55,753 nucleotides of DNA from contig JAQUSN010000001.1 of the NCBI GenBank assembly GCA_028715115.1, positions 133,314-189,066 of the forward strand. Direction: 5' to 3'. How positions within the stretch are numbered: position 1 is the first letter of the stretch; each line of letters starts with the position of its first letter. Below are positions 39,623 to 45,790 of this stretch, piece by piece. The notes under the pieces were generated by a model. It was not told the origin of the DNA and searched no databases. It saw only the letters and a list, made by a program, of their open reading frames with translations. The DNA is from Patescibacteria group bacterium. GTDB lineage: Bacteria; Patescibacteriota; Patescibacteriia; UBA2591; UBA4787. The translations under genes were made by a program, and so were the position numbers.

Positions 39623-40423
39623 ATGGAAATCCGCTTGATTCAAAGCAAGTCCGCCCTGCATAAATCAAAATTAGCCGGCGGCGGATATACTCTCAACCCC
39701 TATTCTGGCTGCCCGCATGGCTGCCAGTATTGTTATAATCAAAAATTTTTTAACATTATCCATCCCGACTGCCCCTGGGGTAAATATTTTGACGTCAAAA
39801 CAAATTTCCCAGAAATTTTAGCCAAAGAAATCTTGGCCAAACCCAAAGCCAACGTATTTTTTTCAACTATTACCGATCCCTACAACGCCCTGGAGAAAAA
39901 ATACCAGATCACTCGCCGTTCTTTGGAGCTGCTGCTGGCTAATGGTTGGCGAGCTTCTCTTTTAACCAAATCTGATCTGGTTTTGCGGGATTTGGATTTA
40001 TTCAATAAATACCGAGCTAAAATAGACGTCGGTTTTACTATTACTTCGGTTGATGATAAAATCGCCAGAATTCTCGAGCCTAACGCGCCAAGCCCGACCC
40101 GTCGATTAGCTGCCTTAAAACAACTACACAAACATAAAATAAAAAATTATATTTTTGTCGCGCCAATTATTCCGCACCTAACTGACATTGAAAAAATTTT
40201 CCAGGCAGCGAACGGTTTTTGCGATGAAATTTGGTTTGATTCATTTAATACTAAGCTGGTTAACTGGCCAGCCTGGTTAAGGATCGTTAAACAAAATTTT
40301 TCAAATTTATTAGACTTTTACAAAGATTATGCCTTGAATAAAAAATTATTTGAGAAAGAAATAAAAAACAAAATAATAAATTTAGCGCAGAAATATAAAA
40401 TAAAAACCAAATTTATTTTTTAA
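39623..40423 (+). CDS. SPL-family radical SAM protein (SplB / DNA-repair-photolyase-like, COG1533)
   Basis: 266 aa. LNPYSGCPHGCQYCY (CX3CX2C) near the N-terminus. No SPASM-type extra cysteine cluster. Confidence 0.65.
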   Translation: MEIRLIQSKSALHKSKLAGGGYTLNPYSGCPHGCQYCYNQKFFNIIHPDCPWGKYFDVKTNFPEILAKEILAKPKANVFFSTITDPYNALEKKYQITRRSLELLLANGWRASLLTKSDLVLRDLDLFNKYRAKIDVGFTITSVDDKIARILEPNAPSPTRRLAALKQLHKHKIKNYIFVAPIIPHLTDIEKIFQAANGFCDEIWFDSFNTKLVNWPAWLRIVKQNFSNLLDFYKDYALNKKLFEKEIKNKIINLAQKYKIKTKFIF

Positions 40424-40479
40424 TTTTAAAAACAAAAAGCACATTCCTTCTCGCGCTTTTTAATATACATATTTTACTG

Positions 40480-40507
40480 TTGACAAAATGCCGATCTTTG
40501 CTATCAT
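40480..40507 (+). promoter_or_regulatory. Promoter of the GC-rich unit 40.5 kb
   Basis: TTGACA (40480-40485), 16 nt, TATCAT (40502-40507). An overlapping TATAAT sits at 40507-40512. Confidence 0.5.
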
Positions 40508-40514
40508 ATAATAG

Positions 40515-40805
40515 TATTTGAAAGGAGCGTTCTTGGGCAAAACATGTCCACCTGGCGAGAGACTCATCTCTCGTCCGCCCTTCCACAAAGGCACAGATTG
40601 GCGTCGCCAGCTCAGACCAGGGCATGGCAGTCGCCCGGGCAACGGTCCGTCGCGCATACCGCGACCGATCGAAACTCGATCCGAATCTGAGAGTCGTATC
40701 TCAAGGAGGTAAGTAAGATGCTCTTGCGTCCGAAAGCGCGCGACCAGCCGCATTAAGCAAGGGTCACCCTCTCGGGTGAAGCCTACGCGCGGTTTTCCTC
40801 ACATC
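40515..40805 (+). other. GC-rich promoter-to-terminator unit: either a structured RNA or two coupled small ORFs (59 aa and 12 aa)
   Basis: Many local hairpins (CGAGAGA/TCTCTCG, GTCGCG/CGCGAC, GATCGA/TCGATC, TGAGA/TCTCA). AAAGGAG-5nt-TTG opens a 59-codon Pro/Arg/Gly/Ser-rich ORF (40533..40712). Its stop lies inside AAGGAGGTAAGTAAG-ATG, which precedes a 12-codon ORF (40718..40756). Confidence 0.3.
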
Positions 40806-40838
40806 GAACCCCCTCTCCCAGGGGGTTCGTTTATTTTA
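40806..40838 (+). terminator. Intrinsic terminator
   Basis: GAACCCCCT-CTCCC-AGGGGGTTC followed by GTTTATTTTA. Confidence 0.7.
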
Positions 40839-41080
40839 TAAAATTATATTAATCAATATTATTTAAACCATACTCATATTAATAGGCCGAAGAAATAACT
40901 CTAAACTAAAAAAATTTGCGAAATTACGAATATAGAATTCGGGGTTGCAAGTGGGATAAACCTATCTACTCGTTCCTCTTTTTCTTTTTTTAATTAAATT
41001 TCTTTGTTTGTGTCGTAAAACGTGAGTGCAAAATTTGTGGATTATGTTTTAATTTTTATAAAACCCGATTAACCCAATAA

Positions 41081-41100
41081 AATGTTCCACGTGGAACATT
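41081..41100. promoter_or_regulatory. parS (ParB/Spo0J binding site), copy 1
   Basis: AATGTTCCACGTGGAACATT is a perfect 20-bp palindrome. The core TGTTCCACGTGGAACA fits TGTTNCACGTGNAACA. Confidence 0.75.
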
Positions 41101-41235
41101 CACTCTGGTTAATACGAAAAACAAGGGATTATTGTGAAATTCTGGATCTATTTTGAATTTAAAAACAAGAATTTAGCTCTGCTTAAAATCTTAAAAATAT
41201 TTTATCTTTTACTTTTTATTTTCTTAATTCTATTA

Positions 41236-41255
41236 AATGTTCCACGTGGAACATT
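41236..41255. promoter_or_regulatory. parS (ParB/Spo0J binding site), copy 2
   Basis: Identical 20-bp palindrome, starting 155 bp after the first. Confidence 0.75.
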
Positions 41256-41376
41256 CTTAAATTAAAAATAAAATTCATTAATTTTGTCTGGCGATATGCT
41301 AAAAATTGAAACATCATTTTACGACGCCAAATATTTATAAATAAGCCTGATCAAAAAGTTAATAAAAAACAAAGGA

Positions 41377-41404
41377 TTGACAAATATAAAAATTATGCTA
41401 TCAT
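41377..41404 (+). promoter_or_regulatory. Promoter of paralog cassette A
   Basis: TTGACA (41377-41382), 16 nt, TATCAT (41399-41404). Confidence 0.5.
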
Positions 41405-41420
41405 TAAAAATGATAGATAT

Positions 41421-41463
41421 CTACTCGGAGAACGATCTCTAAGAAGAGGTCGACAGCGAGTAG
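41421..41463 (+). promoter_or_regulatory. Conserved 43-nt leader stem-loop, copy A
   Basis: CTACTCG-GAGAA-CGATCTCT-AAGA-AGAGGTCG-ACAG-CGAGTAG. Same architecture as 42174..42216. Confidence 0.5.
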
Positions 41464-41494
41464 GGTCTGTCGGAATTAAGCACTAGGAGGTTTT

Positions 41495-42067
41495 GTGAGT
41501 ATAGCGACAGTTCACCCCTTAAAACAGGGTTCAGTCCAAAAATGGCTCAGGCGATTCTGGATGAATCTGCTCCCCTGGAACAGAGCCTGGAAAAAGTTCA
41601 TAAGCGAAGATCACCTGTGGGGCGGTTTATTCTACCTGAAGAACCACTACATCGACCCGATCAATTGCCCGGAAGAAGTCTCGCAACTGCTTCGGCTCCT
41701 TACGGCCTTACGTGCAGAAGTAGGACACATTCCGGAGCTCCGGAAGATCCAGAATCAGCTGCTTTGGAATCCCAACCCCCAGAGCAAGCACCGCAAGCTG
41801 GCCGACTTGATTGGCCAGGTAATTGTCCTGCTTCAGTCGTATCGCGCCCTTGCCGATAAGTGCGGCATCCAATCGCCCAGGCCCGGCATATTCCTCGAAG
41901 CCGACAATGTCATAATTGCCGAGAGTTCAATTAAGTACCTGCGCAGTCTCGGCAAGACCGATTCGAGGAGAGTTTCGGCCAATTTGTCGGCCCGGACCTT
42001 CCGGAGAAACGAGATGTGGTCGATGGTCCCCATCATCGGCACCATCAACGAACTGCTCAACTCATGA
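41495..42067 (+). CDS. GC-rich orphan protein, paralog A (190 aa)
   Basis: GTG start in AGGAGGTTTTGTG. Shares IPEL.K....LLWNP...SKH..LA......I.VLQ.Y...A..C.I..P with paralog B. Codons mostly end in G or C. Confidence 0.6.
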   Translation: MSIATVHPLKQGSVQKWLRRFWMNLLPWNRAWKKFISEDHLWGGLFYLKNHYIDPINCPEEVSQLLRLLTALRAEVGHIPELRKIQNQLLWNPNPQSKHRKLADLIGQVIVLLQSYRALADKCGIQSPRPGIFLEADNVIIAESSIKYLRSLGKTDSRRVSANLSARTFRRNEMWSMVPIIGTINELLNS

Positions 42068-42072
42068 CCATT

Positions 42073-42116
42073 GCCCGCATCAGGTTCAATCCCTGATCGC
42101 GGGCTTTTCTTTTTTA
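42073..42116 (+). terminator. Terminator with tRNA T-loop-like hairpin
   Basis: GCCCGCATCAGG-TTCAATC-CCTGAT(C)GCGGGC, a 12 bp stem with 1 bulge, followed by TTTTCTTTTTT. Confidence 0.65.
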
Positions 42117-42122
42117 AAAATA

Positions 42123-42150
42123 TTGACAAAAGACAAAAATCTGCTATAAT
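42123..42150 (+). promoter_or_regulatory. Promoter of paralog cassette B
   Basis: TTGACA (42123-42128), 16 nt, TATAAT (42145-42150). Confidence 0.55.
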
Positions 42151-42173
42151 ATATTTAACAAACCAACAGACAA

Positions 42174-42216
42174 CTGCTCGGAGAACGATTTCCTAGGAGA
42201 AATCGGCAGTGAGCAG
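42174..42216 (+). promoter_or_regulatory. Conserved 43-nt leader stem-loop, copy B
   Basis: CTGCTCG-GAGAA-CGATTTC-CTAGGA-GAAATCG-GCAG-TGAGCAG. Confidence 0.5.
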
Positions 42217-42235
42217 CTCTGTTAAAGGAGGTTTT

Positions 42236-42847
42236 GTGAAGCTACATCCGTCAATCATCAGGATCTGGAAGCGAACTTGCCGCTGGCTCAAGGAGATCTG
42301 GCCATTCCTGTCTCCCTGGGGCCGCGCTGTTGTTCGCTTCACCGAAGAAGCTCCAAGCGGTAAAGAAATACCGTTGTGGAACATGCTCTTCACTCTCGTG
42401 CGCACCTACCTCGAGGCCAAGACTCCCATCGGCTTCCCTGAAGACCAAGAAGAACTGATGAGACTACCTACCGTGCTCTACTACTTGCGCATGCTAATGC
42501 TGCGAATCCCTGAGCTCGAGAAGGTCAGAAAAGGGCTGCTATGGAACCCTTTCTACGAAAGCAAGCATCTGCAGCTGGCGCGCCAGGTTGAGCGAATTAT
42601 CTACGTACTACAGCGGTACGACGATTACGCCGCTGTATGCGAGATTGAGGTGCCGAAAGAACTCCCCCAGCTCCACAGCACCAAAGTGCTAAGCCGCACC
42701 ATCGTTCAACTAAGAAGCCTTGAAAAGGGCGCCGACAACGATCGAGCCAAGGCCAATAACCTCTGCCACGACTTCATGCGACATCAGCTGTACGAACTGA
42801 TAGCCGCCGTTAACGCGATAAACCAGCTTCTTCACCCCGAGTCATAG
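42236..42847 (+). CDS. GC-rich orphan protein, paralog B (203 aa)
   Basis: GTG start in AGGAGGTTTTGTG. The tracked start at 42209 lies inside the leader stem. Paralogous to 41495..42067. Confidence 0.6.
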   Translation: MKLHPSIIRIWKRTCRWLKEIWPFLSPWGRAVVRFTEEAPSGKEIPLWNMLFTLVRTYLEAKTPIGFPEDQEELMRLPTVLYYLRMLMLRIPELEKVRKGLLWNPFYESKHLQLARQVERIIYVLQRYDDYAAVCEIEVPKELPQLHSTKVLSRTIVQLRSLEKGADNDRAKANNLCHDFMRHQLYELIAAVNAINQLLHPES

Positions 42848-42888
42848 CCCTGGCGGATTCATCAGGATCGGCCGATCCTGAAATGTCG

Positions 42889-42935
42889 CCCGCGGGATAA
42901 TTAGGTTCAAATCCTACCTGCGGGCTTTTCTTTTT
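42889..42935 (+). terminator. Terminator with tRNA-like acceptor plus T-arm architecture
   Basis: CCCGCGGG-ATAAT-TAGG-TTCAAAT-CCTA-CCTGCGGG-C followed by TTTTCTTTTT. Preceded by the palindrome CAGGATCGGCCGATCCTG (42863..42880). Confidence 0.6.
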
Positions 42936-42936
42936 G

Positions 42937-42970
42937 AAAAAGACATCTAATTTTAGATGTCTTTTTGTTT
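42937..42970. terminator. Bidirectional AT-rich hairpin terminator (paralog B / ychF)
   Basis: AAAAAGACATCTAA-TT-TTAGATGTCTTTTT, flanked by T/A runs on both strands. Confidence 0.55.
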
Positions 42971-42988
42971 TGTATTCTAGATTCTAAT

Positions 42989-44056
42989 TTATGCATTAGC
43001 CCTAATCTCAATCACGTCGCCATCTTTAATTGTGTATGTCTTGCCTTCGGTGCGAACTAAACCCTTTTCGCGAGCCTCAATATAACCATGCGCCTTTAAT
43101 AAATCTTGCCAAAAAATAACTTCAGCGCGCACAAAGCAACGTTCAAAATCAGTATGAATCACGCCGCCGGCTTGTGGCGCCATACTACCTCGTTTCAAGG
43201 TCCAAGCTCGCGTTTCATCCGGCCCAGTTGTTAAAAACGTAATCAAATCTAATAACTGATAAGATTTTTGAATTAATTTGTCTAAACCCGACATGGCTGG
43301 TAAACCGAGGGCGATTCTGTCTTCTGTTTTCATGTCCGCTGCTTCAAGTTCGGCCACCACGTCAACAATTAAATACGACCAACTGTGTTCGTTAAAAACA
43401 TCTTTTATTTTTTGCGACACCTCTGATTCGGATCCGTTTAATAAATATATTCTCGGCTTGGTGGTTAAAAGCTGATAGGTTTTTAAAATTTGCTTTTCTT
43501 CTTCGTTTAAAATCACTTCGGATAAAATCTGACCATTATCTAAAATCTGCCGCACTCGTTTTAAAACTTCAAATTCTTTAAGCGTCTCTTTGCGGCCACT
43601 TTTTATTTCATGTTCCAGGTCTACCAAGCGCTTATTGATAGTTTCCAGATCTTTTAAAATTAATTCTGTATCTAAAATTTCTTTATCAGCCACTGGGTCG
43701 ATTTCTTTTTGAGTGTTGACGATTTTATCATCCAAAAATGCTCGCAAAACATAGACAATAGCGTCGGTTTCACGAATATTGGCCAAAAATTTATTGCCCA
43801 ATCCTTCGCCTTGGCTAGCGCCCTTAACCAGACCAGCAATGTCAACAAATTTTACCGTAGTAAAATTTTTCTTAGCTGACTTAGTCAGCTCGGCTAATTT
43901 ATCAACGCGTTCGTCAGGCACAGCCACCACACCAACATTTGGATCAATGGTGCAAAAAGGATAGTTCGCGCAATCAACCTGCTTTTTAGTAATAGCTTGA
44001 AATAGGGTAGACTTGCCCACATTGGGCAGCCCCACTATGCCGATAGAAAATGACAT
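42989..44056 (-). CDS. ychF: Ribosome-binding ATPase YchF
   Basis: 355 aa. GIVGLPNVGKSTLF Walker A, DIAGLVKGAS, C-terminal TGS-like region. Confidence 0.9.
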   Translation of the reverse strand: MSFSIGIVGLPNVGKSTLFQAITKKQVDCANYPFCTIDPNVGVVAVPDERVDKLAELTKSAKKNFTTVKFVDIAGLVKGASQGEGLGNKFLANIRETDAIVYVLRAFLDDKIVNTQKEIDPVADKEILDTELILKDLETINKRLVDLEHEIKSGRKETLKEFEVLKRVRQILDNGQILSEVILNEEEKQILKTYQLLTTKPRIYLLNGSESEVSQKIKDVFNEHSWSYLIVDVVAELEAADMKTEDRIALGLPAMSGLDKLIQKSYQLLDLITFLTTGPDETRAWTLKRGSMAPQAGGVIHTDFERCFVRAEVIFWQDLLKAHGYIEAREKGLVRTEGKTYTIKDGDVIEIRANA

Positions 44057-44128
44057 GTCAAAATTATTAAAAATTAAGAACTAAAATATTATATAGATTT
44101 TTCTCTCTTTCGTCAACTTTTCATAAGA

Positions 44129-44157
44129 TTGACAAATTCATTAAAATGCGCTATTAT
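44129..44157 (+). promoter_or_regulatory. Promoter of GC-rich cassette C
   Basis: TTGACA (44129-44134), 17 nt, TATTAT (44152-44157). Confidence 0.5.
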
Positions 44158-44232
44158 ATAGCAAGGTTCGTGAAGCTGGGGTCGCTCGGTTTTCGCAAAC
44201 CTGTCTGGAGGCACCTTAACAAGGAGTTTACC

Positions 44233-44805
44233 GTGAGAATCGTGATCTTGACTATGGCGGTCTTTGTTGTCATAGCAGGTGCTATGATCGCATGGGCTTG
44301 GCCAATCGTCACCCAGCCAAATGCCGGAGACGAAAAACCGCAGAGCGCTATCACGCACTTCCGCAATGTACTCAACACGACCGCGAACAACAGCTTAACC
44401 CTGGTACAGCTCAAGGATACCATGACCAGGCTGGGCCAACTGCCCATGGCGCGGCAACTCGGATGGTCTGGGTATCATCTCGACTCACTGCTATCGAATT
44501 ACGCCAAGAACCTGGCCGTGAACTACGGCGATACTATCAAGGCTGTCCTGGGAGAACTGACTGCCGGGAAGACCGATACTGCTACTTTTTGTGAAGTACT
44601 GCAGGCTTTCTCTACCCGCATCGCCTATCTACGCGTGGAATTGAGTATCGCCTGCCCGGCAATGACCATGTTACCAGACGATAGTCTCTACCCCTACTCC
44701 CAGGTTTGGGACGTTTGGGAGAAAACGAGAACGACATGGGTGCAGCGTTTTTTCCGCACATTGTCTCTCGGGCCGCGCATTAGCGCGGCCCTTATCTTTT
44801 CCTAA
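44233..44805 (+). CDS. GC-rich orphan protein with N-terminal signal anchor (190 aa)
   Basis: GTG 6 nt after AAGGAG. N-terminus VRIVILTMAVFVVIAGAMIAWAW. The tracked ATG at 44146 lies upstream of the -10 box. Confidence 0.55.
   Translation: MRIVILTMAVFVVIAGAMIAWAWPIVTQPNAGDEKPQSAITHFRNVLNTTANNSLTLVQLKDTMTRLGQLPMARQLGWSGYHLDSLLSNYAKNLAVNYGDTIKAVLGELTAGKTDTATFCEVLQAFSTRIAYLRVELSIACPAMTMLPDDSLYPYSQVWDVWEKTRTTWVQRFFRTLSLGPRISAALIFS
44770..44800 (+). terminator. Intrinsic terminator overlapping the last codons of cassette C
   Basis: GGGCCGCGC-ATTA-GCGCGGCCC followed by TTATCTTTT. Confidence 0.6.
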
Positions 44806-44926
44806 AAAACCATTGCGGTTTTTCTAATTTTAGTTATAATAAAGGGTGTTCTGTCTCAACAGAGCCTACTCTTAATCTGCGCGCTTGGCAATAATCTCTA
44901 TTTAAGTCAAAAGGTTAAATTAATCT

Positions 44927-45196
44927 ATGACCCTTTCTCTTTTTGTCATTCTTGTAATTTATCTTATTTTCTGCGGCGTAACTCTGTTGTTTTTTTTAGC
45001 CAACCTATACCACCTTATCCGATTCGGGGCGCTTAATTTAGTGACTCTTTTATTTTCTTTCATTTCCATTTGCGGCGTCATTCTGTTGGTTTATTTTTCT
45101 TACCAATACATCTCCGGTATTGATTGGGGTCAAACTTTTACTATTTTTGATGTCATTCGTTTTAAAATGCCTTCCATACCAAAAATTAACCTCTAA
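44927..45196 (+). CDS. Small membrane protein (2-3 TM)
   Basis: 89 aa, hydrophobic, AT-rich native composition. Lies 3 nt upstream of the next gene. Confidence 0.45.
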   Translation: MTLSLFVILVIYLIFCGVTLLFFLANLYHLIRFGALNLVTLLFSFISICGVILLVYFSYQYISGIDWGQTFTIFDVIRFKMPSIPKINL

Positions 45197-45199
45197 TTT

Positions 45200-45730
45200 A
45201 TGGAGCCATTATACGCCCTATTTCATCTCGATCTTGACGAAAGAATTATCATTCATGTGCGACAGCACTGGTGGTTTTTCTTCAAAAAGATTTTAGCTTT
45301 TATTCTAGAAATTTTGGTTTTGGTTGTTATTTATATTATTTTGGTTAATTTTAAGACATCGCTGCTTGAAGATCCAATCATTACCCCGATCTTATTCTTA
45401 GCGGCCACTGCCTACCTGCTCTTTGCTTGGGTTAAATTATTTTCCGACTGGGTTGTCTATTATTTAAGCATCTGGGTGGTTACGAATAAACAGGTTATTA
45501 GTGTTGAACAAAAAAGTATTTTCAACCGGCTTGTGGCGCGCCAGCCGCTTCATCGCATCCAAGACGTCATGGCCACTTCGCAGGGCGTGATAGCAACGAT
45601 TCTAAAGTTTGGCAACGTCAGAGTCCAGTCAGCCGGCACACAAGATTATTTCCTATTTAAAAACGTGCCTCGCCCATTTGAAATTGAGGCAAAAATAAAC
45701 GATTTAATAGAACGCCTTCCCAAAAAATAA
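45200..45730 (+). CDS. Membrane-flanked bacterial PH-domain (YdbS/YdbT-like) protein
   Basis: 176 aa. Two TM helices followed by a bPH-like soluble domain. Confidence 0.45.
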   Translation: MEPLYALFHLDLDERIIIHVRQHWWFFFKKILAFILEILVLVVIYIILVNFKTSLLEDPIITPILFLAATAYLLFAWVKLFSDWVVYYLSIWVVTNKQVISVEQKSIFNRLVARQPLHRIQDVMATSQGVIATILKFGNVRVQSAGTQDYFLFKNVPRPFEIEAKINDLIERLPKK

Positions 45731-45790
45731 AGAGTTAACACCCTTTGTTGCTCGCCGCGCTTAGCAATAAAAATATTAATCACGATAAAT

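Noticed and set aside
39623-40756. RiPP hypothesis: radical SAM enzyme followed by small precursor-like ORFs
   Set aside because: The radical SAM protein has the SPL/COG1533 layout without a SPASM or twitch auxiliary cluster. The small ORFs sit in a separate promoter-terminator unit of different composition and lack a Cys-rich or repeat core.
40840-41376. Calling the AT-rich spacer oriC
   Set aside because: I found only one near-consensus DnaA box (TGTGGATTA, 41046..41054), and no dnaA or dnaN in the window. The parS sites indicate origin proximity, not the origin itself.
42450-42470. CUGAUGA hammerhead-like cores (also at 1529 and 37085)
   Set aside because: They lie within tRNA-Gly, the 23S rRNA and a coding sequence. 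None has the partner GAAA core or the flanking helices.
40480-44805. Integron-like cassette array or diversity-generating retroelement as the explanation for the GC-rich cassettes
   Set aside because: There is no integron integrase, no attC-type sites with a GTTRRRY core, no reverse transcriptase and no template/variable repeat pair in the window. Also, the cassettes carry their own promoters, unlike integron cassettes.
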